NCBI RefSeq assembly: GCF_006345805.1
Contig: NC_043011.1
Location: forward strand, 63,810,464-63,874,463
Origin: Octopus sinensis
Lineage: Eukaryota
Length of the DNA: 64,000 nt
Direction: 5' to 3'
Under the pieces are notes generated by a model. That model saw only the letters and a program-made list of their open reading frames with translations, ran no database searches and was not told the DNA's origin. Shown piece after piece: positions 1 through 12,351 of this stretch (positions are counted from its first letter, which is position 1; every line of letters begins with the position of its first letter). The position numbers and the translations under genes were made by a program.

Positions 1-130
1 GGGGGTAGGAAATTGAAAGAAGCCAATCGTAGGAATATATGGGTGTGTGTATGTGTGTGTGTGTGTGTGTGTTTGTGTCTGTGTATGTGTGTGTGATTGT
101 GGGTGTATGTGTGTGTACATGTGTATGTGT
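1..130. repeat. (GT)n / (GTAT)n microsatellite
   Basis: Direct GT-dinucleotide run with variants. Confidence 0.9.
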
Positions 131-159
131 ATGTAGTTTGTATTTCTCCCCAACTACCT

Positions 160-325
160 CTTGACAACACTTTTTTGGTGTGTTTACGTACCTGTAACTT
201 AACGGTTCGAAAGGGTCACCGATGCAATAAGGATGAGGCGTGACAAATTTCTTAAAAATGGGTTCGATTCATTCCAATAACAATACTTCAAGGCGGTGCC
301 CTAGTATGGCCATTGCCTAGAGAAT
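160..325 (+). mobile_element. SINE family 1, degenerate 3' part
   Basis: ggtgtgtttacgtacctgtaacttaacggttcg...aaggcggtgccctagtatggcc matches the 3' halves of the family copies at 45177-45540 (+) and 35940-36385 (-). Confidence 0.6.
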
Positions 326-812
326 GATGTACATAAAAGATAAAAGATGATGTAATATGGACAATATGTATACTCGGCCATTTGTCTAGCAGTCGGTTAT
401 AGCAACGCACTGTAGCATATTCAAGATGCATTTCATTAAATAGTAATGAAGCTATGTAAATTACATTCTTTCCATTTGGATTATTAAGCAGTAAATCATG
501 TTGGATGAGCTTAACAATGATTTAATATTCACTGATATTCACTACTCATAATGTATTCGGCTGTTATTATTTCTGGAGGAGGACCTCAGCTATATAAATT
601 ATATAACTACGGAATTCTTTAATCATACAATACATCTGCTTTCATAATCACTCATATACATTTGTTTCTGTTAGAAATTCTTGTGTCTGTATATATATAT
701 ATGTGTGTGTGTGTGTATTTATATAAATAAGGATAAGATCGTTAATTTAAATATCGACCTTATCAGGTGTCCAGCAGGGAAATAAAAACCTTCAAAGGTA
801 ATAATTATTACT

Positions 813-1160
813 AAAATTATAATATACGGTATCTAAGAGATACCGCCACGCTGGAAATAGCAGCCAGAACCTGACTCTAAAACTACATTAAATCTTCATA
901 CAGTACCAGGAGGGAAGACAAAATAAACCAGCAAAAAATTACTGGATTATTCCAGATCCCGGATTTCTGACTTTGCATAAGAAATGCTTTGCCTCGTCAG
1001 TGGAATATACGCAGACAGTAACATAATTTTTTTGCTAGTTCATTTTGTCGTTTAGTCTTCTCTCCTGGTGCTGTATGAACATTTAATGAGGTTTTAGAGT
1101 CAGGTTTTGGCTGCTATATCTCCAGGTCGGTTTCTCTTAAATACCGTAAATTATAATTTT
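813..1160. repeat. Foldback inverted repeat (~130-bp arms, ~82-bp spacer)
   Basis: Arm 813-941 (cagccagaacctgactctaaaactacattaaatcttcatacagtaccagg) is an imperfect reverse complement of arm 1024-1160. Confidence 0.85.
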
Positions 1161-1321
1161 ATACATATTGAAATATATTTCTGTTTATTCAAACTTTTAA
1201 ACACTTCGTATCGCATGTGCATTCAGGTACACATACACGCAACCAGAGAAGTACACATACATGTAGATAAGCTTTCACTCGTCGATTACAGATGTTTTGA
1301 CGAAATAAGCTATCTACTTAC

Positions 1322-1429
1322 TGATTATTCGCAGAAACGTTTGAGGCTTATGCAGATATGGGAAATATCGACGTAATTTGAGACAAAGCAATGTATAATA
1401 CGATTGGCAGGTTGGGTCATACAGACTGA
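1322..1429 (-). pseudogene. Six-Cys family copy D, exon 2 (pseudogene)
   Basis: Phase-1 frame gives (V)SLYDPTCQSYYTLLCLKLRRYFPYLHKPQTFLRII, the same x6-C-x7-C spacing as copies A-C. The expected acceptor AG reads GG. The third Cys (tgc) is out of frame by one base. Donor GTAAGT is intact at 1321. Confidence 0.6.
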
Positions 1430-1616
1430 CCATGTGAGGGATATCACACGACTACCGTATTATTTCTTCACCGGAATTTAGTAGACACTGGGCCAGATAT
1501 TGACAAAGCATAACGTATATAACTTTTTAATATCGATTAGAAATGTGCGTTATAATGTTACGTGAACTTCCACACACTTTCACGAACAGTCACACACACG
1601 TATATACACAGGTGTG

Positions 1617-1619
1617 CTA

Positions 1620-1683
<64 letters not shown>
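1617..1683. repeat. (TA)n microsatellite
   Basis: Pure TA run. Confidence 0.95.
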
Positions 1684-1687
<4 letters not shown>

Positions 1688-1716
1688 TGATTCGTACACG
1701 CACATATATACACACA

Positions 1717-4143
1717 CATCATCATCATCATCATTGTTCGAGCGTGGTCGAGACAATGGAATATACCATGCTACGCCAGACTTCACGGTCCATCATGGCA
1801 TTACGGAGGTCCTGTTGCTGGATGCCTGTATCCCTGGAGATTACATCAGGGTAGGAGAGTGTGCGCCTTCTGGTATTGCGAGTAGATGACTTCCAGAGGA
1901 GAAGAGTAGAAATTACCTCTTTTTCAGCTCTACAACAATGTCCAGCAAACTGGACTCTCTTACCTTTCACAAGAGATGACACAGGTGGTAGTTTCCCATA
2001 TATTTGCATTTTGGTTGGATGGCGCTTTCACGAGAGATTTTGAGCTCTCATAAGGAGGCGAGTGTAGGTTCCATCCAACCGCCTCTCAAGCTTCTTTGAT
2101 AAAGTCCAGGTTTCTGAGCCATATATTAGAATTGGTTCGACTGTGACTTTGAAGATTTCAAGTTTGAAGTCTCTACTTAGATTTGATGACCAGATCGTAT
2201 GCATGTCATTACAGGCTGACCAGGCCATACCTTTTCTAGTTAGAAAATCTTGTCCAGATGATGATATGTATGAACCAAGATATTTGTAATAAGAAACCAT
2301 ATTTAAGGGCGCATTGTTGAGAGTATGGATGATGCAATCACTGTTGGACAGGCACTTGTTTATGTTTTCAGTCTTGGCCTCATTGAGGTAATGACCTACA
2401 CAATTTGAAGCTTGTTCAAGAGATTGTAAAAGAGACTGGGCATTGGATAGAGAATCACTGATAAGAGCGATGTCGTCAGCAAAGTCAGTGTTTGTCAAGT
2501 ACTCAGCTGGGTGTCTGGAACTTCTTGGATTTATTTCAAAGCCCTTGCCAGAGATGGTATCAACTGACGTACGTAGCACATAATCAACAACAATGATGAA
2601 AAGAATTGGGGCGAGTGTGTCTCCCTGCAGTATTCCGGCTTTGATTGAGAAAGATGATGTTTCTCCGTCAGGGGTTAAGATGGTTGAAGACGTATCTGTG
2701 TAGAGGACCTTGATGGCAGAAATGAATTTTGTCTGGAATCCCATAGAGCTTAAGGATTTCAAACATCTTGTACCTATCTACAGAATCGAACGCTTTAGAA
2801 AAGTCTACAAATACCATTGCAAGATCGTGATTAAATGTTTTTGATTCTTCAATAAGTCTGCGTAGGCATAGTATCTGGCTCAGCGTTGAGCGCCCATGTC
2901 TGAATCCATTTTGCTTCTTTCGGAGCAAAGGTTAAACAAAAAGGACAAGACGATTTAGAATCAGTTTGTTGAACAGTTTTGCAGCAATTGACATTAGAGA
3001 TATACCACTGTAGTTGTTGACGAGGGACAAATCGCGTTTTTTGTGTATTGGGATGATTTGAGATTGGTGCCAAATATTTGGAGCGACAAAGGTGGAAAGT
3101 GTGTGGTTGCAGAGGTTGAGCAAAAGTGTGTGAAATCTATCATTCTTCCAAATTATAGCTGGGATGTTGCCGGGACCAAATGCTTGCGAGGCTTTTAGTT
3201 GCTTGGTGGCTGATGTTAGTTCAAATATGGTAAAAGGGGAGGTGTTGATGTCCAGCGTGTCTGATATAGGCACACTTGGAAGAGTGGGGTTATCAGGGAT
3301 TTTGGCATTCTTCCCAAGGAGGTTTTTAAAATGGGTCGAACAATTTTCTTAACGCTTCTTAGCTGATCCCACTTTAATTCTAATTGATGACCCAGAATTT
3401 TTGCCTGATAGGTCTTTGATGGATTTCCAGGCGAGATGGTGTTTTTAATAATGTGCTCTTTGGATAGTTTACTAATTTTGCCATTGATAAATTCGACGTC
3501 GGCGTTCAAGTAAGCCTCATCAAGATTCTTCTTGGCAGCTATGAGTTGGATCTTCAGTGACTGGGATGGGGAAGGGTGGTAAGCTAGTGATATAGACTTT
3601 AGATGGTTTCTGGCTTCGATGGCATTTGGGGAATTAGAAGGTTTGCTCTGGCCCCATCTCTTCTTTTTGGGAAGAGTAACCAGTGCAACTTCCTCTGTTG
3701 ATTTGTTTAGGCTGCTGTATACTTCTTCAATGTTCTCAGCATCTATTTCAGAAGTAGACAAAGATTGAAATGTGTTATAGACCTCAATAGTAAATTGTTT
3801 GGACATATCGGGGTTAGATAAGACTTCCTCCCAGTCGATCGTTTTCATCGGGTGAGGCATAGCATTTTTGGATGCGCGAAGACTAAGCTTAACGGTAGCT
3901 GATACACTTCTGTAGTCAGAGCCGACAGAACTAAAGGAAGAGTAGGATCTCGAGTTTTTAACACTATTGCGTGATTTCTTTCGAAAGATGAGGTAGTCAA
4001 CGTTTGCCCTATCACCAAGTGGGGACTCAAATGTCCAAAGTTGACCTTTTGGTTTCATAAAAGAATTGTTCGAGGTGTAGAGATTAAATTCCTCCAAGAA
4101 GACTTTGAGCATTTCTTCGTTCCGATTAGTTTTAGAGTTGAAA
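1717..4143 (-). mobile_element. RTE-clade (RTE-X-like) LINE, 5'-truncated and frameshifted
   Basis: Endonuclease C-terminus (WTFESPLGDRANVDYLIF..SVGSDYR), RT motifs FVDFSKAFDSV, GILQGDTLAPILF and DFADDIAL, KYLGS, KRKRG-type C-terminus (QLPPVSSLVKGKR), and a (GAT)n tail at 1717-1734. Split over several ORFs. Confidence 0.9.
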
Positions 4144-4314
4144 GTAAATTAAATATGAGTGTAGATGTGTGCAGTTAAGTAAGAATGCGAGTAGGAAGGG
4201 AGAATGGTAGAGATCATTTTTGTGAAGTAGCCAAGCACAGATTTGGTATCATTCTATGAAGTATAAAATTCGGATGTGTTCAGGACAAGAAGGAAATATG
4301 ATATAACGACTTAC

Positions 4315-4351
4315 CAACAATAAGAAAACATTTGCATATTAGAAATTTTTT
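4315..4351 (-). pseudogene. Six-Cys family copy D, signal-peptide exon lacking ATG
   Basis: 37 nt encoding KKFLICKCFLIV+G followed by GTAAGT. Context atatctgc-AAAaaa aligns with atatccgccATGaaa of copy A. An upstream in-frame stop leaves no alternative ATG. Confidence 0.65.
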
Positions 4352-5399
4352 GCAGATATTTGCAGAAAATCAAACCTACTATGAAATAATTGTAGAATTT
4401 CAAAACAAGGAGTAGTTACAAAACAATGGAACTTCATGTCATTATATTTGTGTTATTATCTGATTTTCTCTTCTGTAATTTAGATAAATGTAGAAATGTC
4501 CTTTTTAGTTATACTTTAGTGTAATTGTTGCACTGTGAGTTATTTTATTATAGAACATATTCAACAACATTTAGTGTAAATAGTTTGTTTTTTTTATATC
4601 TAAAGCACTGATTTTGTGTGATAGGTCCATTGCTTCGGACTAAATTATTCATGTGAAGTTCTAAGTGCCCCAGATTCAGGGTGTCCGTTCAATTGTTGGA
4701 GCCCCTGGGCATCACAATTTCCTGATTTCCAGCTTCGTTGTCAGATATCTGTGTAGCCGCTTCTCGAATGTTTCCTGTCAACCTTCCACGTACGCACTTC
4801 TCGAATGATTTAATAGCCTGAATGTAACGATTAGTGATCGGAGATTTTAGCTGTTTGGCAGGAGTGACGAGGGACAGATTCCGTTGAAATATTATAAACG
4901 GTTTTCTAATTCTATTTCAGAGTACATCAACGGCAGTATGTAAATACGTGTGTGTGTATATACGTAAATATGCGTATAGGTATATGTGTAATTTCGAATG
5001 TATACATACAAGTATATATGTGGGAGAAAGTTAATATTTGTGTATGTATATATATATATGTTAGAGTATGTTAAAATATATATGTGTATAAAACAGCCAT
5101 AAAAAGATATATGAACAAGAAAGCGGATCAAACCGGTCTGGCAGAACGAATTGTGCCTGGCACCGCAGCAGGGCTCTGTCGATTGTTCTGCCAATGTCTA
5201 TACGTTTAACATTGAGTTTCATGACATCTATCTGCACGTGTGTGTTTGAGTGTGTGTATGTGTGTGTGACCACAAGACGTCCAGGGTGTGTGTACGGAAG
5301 TATGTATGTATATATATATATATATATGTGTGTGTGTATGTGTGTGTGTGCGTGTGTGTGTGTATGTGTATGTATACTTATGCACATAATCTATCCATG

Positions 5400-5612
5400 T
5401 AAATATATACTCACGCATATATAAATATATATATGCATGTATATATATATACATACATATATATACACATATGTATAAATAAATATATATATAGATATCT
5501 AGATATATATACATATATATATATGTACATACACACACACACATATATATATGTATATATATATATATATATATATACATATATGCATATATATATGTAT
5601 GTATATATATAT

Positions 5613-5680
<68 letters not shown>
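5400..5680. repeat. Compound (TA)n/(CA)n microsatellite
   Basis: Direct; source of the YIYI ORF artefacts. Confidence 0.9.
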
Positions 5681-5992
5681 CAAGGAGTAGGGGAATCTTA
5701 TCGAGCTTTTGGTGGACATATTTTGTGACAGACCATGCCTTTGCTCAAATCTCATTTGAGGAACTATGATATACAAATTGCCACCAAATTGGCATAAAGT
5801 TTGCATATCTAACGGAGGTCTCAAAAGGCATTTTACAATCCACAAAGAACAGAACTGTACATCAGCACTTAGGTGGTCCAAATCACTTTTCAATACATTG
5901 TCTTGTCTAACAAGCCATATGAGACGCCATGCTGGATCTAACGACTAAGTCCAAGAAGTGATCAAACTCTTCCGAAGGATTAGACAGCCACC

Positions 5993-6062
<70 letters not shown>

Positions 6063-6339
6063 AGGTGGAAATAGCTGAGAAGTAAATAAGAATCTGTTCC
6101 TGTTCATCAGACAAAAACAACCTGTTTTTACAGCAAATTTTTACAATTTTTATTGTCATTTATTAAAATGAGATTCATTGAAAACGGTAATGTTTCTTTA
6201 TATAATTTTGAAAACTATTCTTATTAAATTCCCTCTTAATTTGAAATGTCTTAGATTTACTTCCCTGCTAATTCCACCTCCATCATTTATATATATAAAT
6301 TTCATTTGTATACATGCCTAATCGTTTATCAACGATGTA

Positions 6340-6510
<171 letters not shown>

Positions 6511-6714
6511 TATGTATGTATACTGTAGTATTAATAGCATTTTCTATACCTCGAAACTTGTTCGTAGATATAAAAAATATTGCATTTAACTGGAAACGTG
6601 TCTTTCTCCTACAGGGATTCTTTTTTATTTCATTAATTTATGTTGATGCTGACATTTATCTACGAAATTTTGCAGGCATTCCATCATTAATTTCTTATTT
6701 CCGTATGATAGCGA

Positions 6715-6910
6715 TGAACTGACAGGATTGTGAGCACAACGGGCAAAAATGCTAAGCTGCATTCGCCCGTCTTTACTTTCTGATATCGAATGCGGCCGGT
6801 GTCGAATTTGCTTTTCTTTCGAATTCCATGAAATAACTACAGCTGATGTACTCGGGTCGACGCAATCCACCAGCCCTTTCTCTCCAAAGTTCAGGACTTA
6901 TTACTTTGGA
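6715..6910 (+). mobile_element. SINE family 2, old degenerate copy
   Basis: Colinear similarity to the 47309-47469 and 35360-35560 copies (gaactgacaggattgtgagcac..aaaatgctaagc..gggtcgacgcaatc). Confidence 0.55.
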
Positions 6911-7500
6911 AGATAGGATTACTGTTGTTTACGTAGAATCTCTTACAATGAAATACATCTTAGGTACCACTATAATGAAGGATCACAATGACCTTACGCA
7001 TGCACTTGAAATGACGCCATAGTGTTATTACCCTAATGGACGTTCTTTGTTTACATCCATTTGAATTACTTTCATATTGCTTTCTTCGAATAAAATATCT
7101 CAGATGACTCTCAAGATTCATGTTTACATCTGGTTTGCAGTCTATCGAACACATTTCATTGTCTCACCCACCAGCAATGGTCGCCGCTTTTTCTCTGTCT
7201 TTCATGCGGAACGCAAACTCATTCGTTTCGCTGTTACGGAGTGCGAAGTCCGGTTATTACAAAATATTAAAAAAAACTAATTACAGTCATGCAAAGAATT
7301 ATTAATGAATATTTGTCAGAATTTTATTTACCTCCGTCATAATAATAAGAGTTTGGACATTTATCTCTGTCTTCCAAATAAAATGCAGTTATGATTTACC
7401 CCCCAAAATAAATACATGCATAAGGTGTGTAAGCATTCTATCTTCCTAATATAAATATTTGCCCATGAAATATAGCTTCATCTGTTCATTTTGAAATCCA

Positions 7501-7604
7501 TTACCTCCAGGTTGCTATGATGAGGGGCGCAAACATGTTGCAATTCGATACGGATGCGAATGACCCCATATTATCAACAACTGTCACTGGCATAAGTACT
7601 TCAT
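7501..7604 (-). CDS. Six-Cys family copy C, candidate terminal exon 4 (GPI-signal-like tail)
   Basis: Acceptor atatcttttccAG. Phase 1 matches exon 3, and it is the only frame open for the whole exon: (D)EVLMPVTVVDNMGSFASVSNCNMFAPLIIATWR*. AATAAA lies on the minus strand at 7323-7328. An alternative strong acceptor at 7792 would end the protein at DCFV*. Confidence 0.55.
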
Positions 7605-8305
7605 CTGGAAAAGATATATGTGATACTGGTTTATATCATATAAAATCAAAAACAGAACACAAAGGATATCGCGGTACACGTGTTTCAAGCTTTATAAACA
7701 ACCCGTTCTTACATCAGTGTATAATTAATGTAAAAGATGGTTTAAAGCTCTCTTCAGCCGCAAACATTGTTATTCCAAAGACTTACATCACACTATAAAA
7801 AAAGTACATGTAGTATTACTCATTATAATAGGTATATCATATGTCCATGAGAAAGTGTATTTGTAAAATTTCGTAACTGTATAACTGTATAAAGATTCAT
7901 TGGATTTCGAAACTCTGCCCATACTGTATAACCAATCAACATAGAGTGAATGTTAAATAGATTGAAAGGGGTTAATATTAACTTCTCTTGTAAAGATAGG
8001 AAGAAAAATAGGAAGAAAAAAGATAGAAAGAAAGAAAAAAAGGAGAAAAGAAAAATAGAAAAATAGAGAGAAAAAATAAACGTTAAAAAATAAGAAATAA
8101 GAAATAAGGGGCAAGGGTACTGGATGTAAAACTGGTTTAGAAGGACACCTATAAAGATACGTAGAATTTTAAAGATATTTTACAATTTGAAGTCATTTAG
8201 TCAATGAGCAGTCTGTGAATTAGACGTACAAATAAATTGGGAGTACAATGTTATTTAGTTTCCACATCCCCTGTGTCAAAACAATTAACACTGTACTTTG
8301 AGTAA

Positions 8306-8598
8306 CTGGAGGCACATGACCTAGTGGTTAGAGCAGCAGACACTCGGTCGAGGGATCGCGTGTTCGAATATCAGACCGGGCGATGTGTGTGTTTATGAGC
8401 GAAACACCTAAGCTCCACGGGGCTCCGGCAGAAGGTAATGGCGAACTTCTGCTGACTCTTTCGCCATAACTTTCTCTCACTCTTTCGTCCTGCATCTTGC
8501 AGCTCACCTGAGACGGACCGGCATCCCTATACGCCAAGGAAACCGGGAAACCGGCCCTTATGAGCCATGCATGGCTCGAGAAGGAACAAACAACAACA
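8306..8598 (+). mobile_element. tRNA-derived SINE family 3, full length with 12-bp TSD
   Basis: A-box-like TGACCTAGTGG, B-box-like GTTCGAATA, (CAA)n tail, flanked by direct repeat tactttgagtaa at 8294-8305 and 8599-8610. Confidence 0.9.
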
Positions 8599-8859
8599 TA
8601 CTTTGAGTAAGCGAAATACTTGTCTTTCTTCTCTGGAACAAAATGCACAATGACAGTTTTTACACACGTGAATGGGAAAATTTTTTGCAGATTCGTTACC
8701 GCATCGAGGAAAATGCTCAACTTTATTTTAAAAGGCACCAGATTCGACTTCCTCCTTCTTCCTTTGAGGTTCAATGAAATTAGTGCCAACTTTTTATTGA
8801 GGTCAATGTAATTGACAAACCATCTTTATTTACATATCTATATGCTTACATATAAAAAA

Positions 8860-9480
8860 AGGTGCATACACACACACACATACATACATACATTTAACTA
8901 CCTAACAGTTCGCCAATATTCTACTCTACCATATTTCCATACCCACAGTTTATACAGGTAGAGTAAAATAGTTAGTGACTTGTTAGGTAGATAAATGTGT
9001 GTATGTGTGTGAGTATGCACCATTTTTTCTATATGTAAGCATATGGATATGTAACTAAACAGATCAACATATAGACGGATAGGTTTATAGGTTACAAGAA
9101 CAGACACGTATGGAGACACAGATCCACACATATAAAGATGCACATCCATACATACAAACATGGTAGATAGTTGCATAACACACACACACACAGACATGCA
9201 CACACAAGGAGACAGAGGTACATACATATACAAACACATGCTCACACACACATACATAGAAAATACACAAAGACAGACATGCAAGCACATAAATATGCAG
9301 GATACATACATACAGATGCACACACATACATAAATATATACATATGCATATACACACACATATATACATACATACACATGCAAACACACACATGCATACA
9401 TACGTACATGCATACATATATAGGCGCGCGCACACATACACACACACACACTAACCCACACACATGTGCACAAACAAACA
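8860..9480. repeat. Degenerate (CA)n/(CATA)n low-complexity tract
   Basis: Direct; source of the MCV-rich ORF artefacts. Confidence 0.8.
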
Positions 9481-9742
9481 AAAGGGAAGGCAGTGTAAAT
9501 AACGGAGAGAATCAAGACTATTGAAAAGGTTGCAAGGAAAATAAAAATAAGAAATAAGTGGAAATTTTAGCGCTGAGTGTGTTAAATAATAAGGCACAAA
9601 AAGAAAATGACTCTCCCCAGACACAACAGAACATGCTTCGACACACGAACTCATATAAAGAATCTTGCAAACCAAATCCCAAAACAAAATATTTGAATGC
9701 ATCATTTGCGATAAAACAAAGCTAATACCAAACTTTTCTCAC

Positions 9743-9831
9743 CAAAGCAATCCTGATAAACGAGTTCCTGGAAGAATTCACCGCACACCTCGTCAGTAAG
9801 TTGCAGGCACACTTCAAATAGCTGAATTCGT
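9743..9831 (-). CDS. Six-Cys family copy C, exon 3
   Basis: Acceptor cttctatgttctAG, donor GTGAGA, 89 nt, phase 2 to phase 1. (K)RIQLFEVCLQLTDEVCGEFFQELVYQDCF has the same Cys spacing as exon 3 of copies A and B. Confidence 0.85.
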
Positions 9832-10439
9832 CTAGAACATAGAAGCTACACTGAGAAGATATTGTTATAAAGTTAACTAAATACGTATAATGACATATTC
9901 TGGTAAAGCTGCGTAGTCGAAAAAGTCTGCTTCTAAGAGGTTCATTTTGAAACCACTGGGAACCGCATTCGATCTCACTGCGTGATAACCTGTGCGTTCT
10001 ACTGTATCTGGACCAACAGATGTTTTGTGAGTGACATACGTTACAAAGAAACTGCGTAGAACATCACGTTCGCGCACGCACACTCACGTACACACATAGG
10101 CATACGCAGTCATACTTATGTATTGTTAGAGGGTGCTGAAGTTAAATCTGATAGTTTGCATGAAAGTAAACGAATGCCCAATATCCCATCCGAATCTAAA
10201 TGTATTTTTTAAAATTCGAAATGATAAAAAATATTATCTCTGGAAGTTTACAGGAAGTAGTCCTCCTCAGCTTCCACCAGGAAATAAGGACGGTTCCGGT
10301 AATATTTCTGCGCCTAGTAAGGTCTTCGAGCACCTCGTTTATTTCCATCATGTCCCTTAGCTTTCATTGTTGTAGGTAGCGTGGTTCGCGTTTTACACGA
10401 GCGCACCGACGCGTGGGATTCCGATCGGAGGATTAGCAA

Positions 10440-10830
10440 CTACAAGAAGATCTAGACCTTCATCAACAGGTGTCTTCGCCAAATCCTCCATCTGAAGTGG
10501 TTCGACACAGTGCCAAACACGGACCTGTGGGAAAAGGCCAACCAGGAGCCCATACATGTTCAGATTAGACGAAGGGAATGGAGATGGGTCGGATAAACAC
10601 TGCGGAAAGAACGCTCAAATGTGACACGACAAGTAATTGACTGGAACCCGCGGGGTAAAAGGAAGCGAGGACGCCCGAAGCAGACATGGAATCGGAGCAT
10701 TTTGAACGAGCTCAGGACGACCGGCCGACATGGGAAGCAGGCAAGAAACACGCCAATGACCGCAAAAAGTGGAAAACAAATGTTGAGGCCCTACGATCGA
10801 AAGGGGCAAAAAAGGATTAAGAAGAAGAAT
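10440..10830 (+). mobile_element. RTE-clade LINE 3' fragment
   Basis: FINRCLRQILHLKWFDTVPNTDLW..WRWVG*TLRK..DWNPRGKRKRGRPKQTW. Confidence 0.8.
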
Positions 10831-11221
10831 ATCTCAAAGAGATTTGAATGTGTTTAAGCAAGCGGACTCTGTCAGAGTGTTTGGCATGTACCACTTGCTA
10901 GCTATAATTCTAGAAGCAACTTTTGCACCCCTCCTTCATAAGTCTTACAAATTCTAAGGCGCACTCAGGAGCTGCAAATATGGTCGGAATTATAGTATCT
11001 GGTATGAATCCTCATGGTGAAAGTGAATCTTTTCTAAAATTTAGACAATTTCCCCTCCGCCACATCCGCTAAATCCATATGCTCTACAATGCTGTTCCCT
11101 GTTCAACCATAATTCAAGAAGTTCCGTTAAACAGAGGATACATAAAATTCGCCGTATTTGACTCTAAGTGTGCACTTTGTGTTGCATAGATATGTATTCA
11201 TACATAGATATGCATACACAC

Positions 11222-11392
<171 letters not shown>

Positions 11393-11927
11393 GTAGATAA
11401 GTTTGTATGTATGTATGTGTGCGTGCGTGTGTCTGTGTGTGTATTTACATCGGGGAAATTTACGTCGCATTATATGCGATTTCCCCCATTGTTAAGATAT
11501 AGCAAATTTCGTACTTCACGATTGTGAAGATTACCACATCTCCAGTTTGGATTTTGCGGCTCTTGAGATTGAACATTAGGAAAAATTGTCATAGCATCCA
11601 CATTTAGATCGGGATCATGTAACGCCAGTGTGAGGAGACGGTGTGGGTCTTCCATTCCTTAGAACCACAAGCCCTCTCATTAATCTATCTTGTCGTATCC
11701 GATTCAGAATGGCGTGGTTCACAGCGAATACCTCTAAGCCAAGGTGAGCAAACTTGATTAATATGTTCCCCACATTCTTATAATAGAAACAGTCAAAAAT
11801 GAATTTTATAGAGTTGAACAAACACATATTATACCTGGATGCATGCATGACATACAAGGCATAACGAAATGAATGAATTCATCAGAGTCAGCATGAGATA
11901 ATGTTCATAGTATAAAGATAACTTTAC

Positions 11928-12030
11928 TTGCAGTAGTTAACATCGTATCCTTCTTTTTCAGGATACGACTCCCTGGCTTTGTCGCAGGTTTTGTTTGCCT
12001 TCTCCATACAGAAATCAGCCGCACCACATC
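11928..12030 (-). CDS. Six-Cys family copy C, exon 2
   Basis: Acceptor gttgaatccacAG, donor GTAAAG, 103 nt, phase 1 to phase 2: (G)[33 protein letters not shown](K). Confidence 0.85.
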
Positions 12031-12195
12031 CTGTGGATTCAACAGCAATTGGTCACATATTATAGACATATATATTATAGAACTTCTATCTATAAATGTT
12101 CTAAAATCTTTCACAGCCTTGGATTTTTATCTCATTCTGAAAATTCATATATGTATATATACATTTATATATGTATATATATACATATATATGTG

Positions 12196-12351
<156 letters not shown>

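Noticed and set aside
370-451. Possible copy D exon 3 (LHYYLMKCILNMLQCVAITDC*)
   Set aside because: First Cys position fits, but phase, C-x6-C spacing and third Cys position do not.
4690-4880. ~60-codon minus-strand frame (AKQLKSPITNRYIQAIKSFEKCVRG..) vaguely like a Tc1 transposase tail
   Set aside because: No catalytic motif is clearly present; cannot be assigned.
7517-7798. 93-aa plus-strand ORF
   Set aside because: It overlaps copy C exon 4 in the in-register antisense frame, has no recognisable motif and no partner exons.
8306-8385. tRNA gene call for the SINE heads (also at 45177 and 31703)
   Set aside because: A/B boxes are present but the sequences continue into SINE bodies with tails and TSDs, and no complete cloverleaf could be folded.
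11627-12070. Apparent plus-strand two-exon, C2-domain-like reading (..WRGSQRIPLSQ|GYDSLAL..)
   Set aside because: The second part is antisense to copy C exon 2, all three frames are open so phase fit is uninformative, and the motif similarity is weak.
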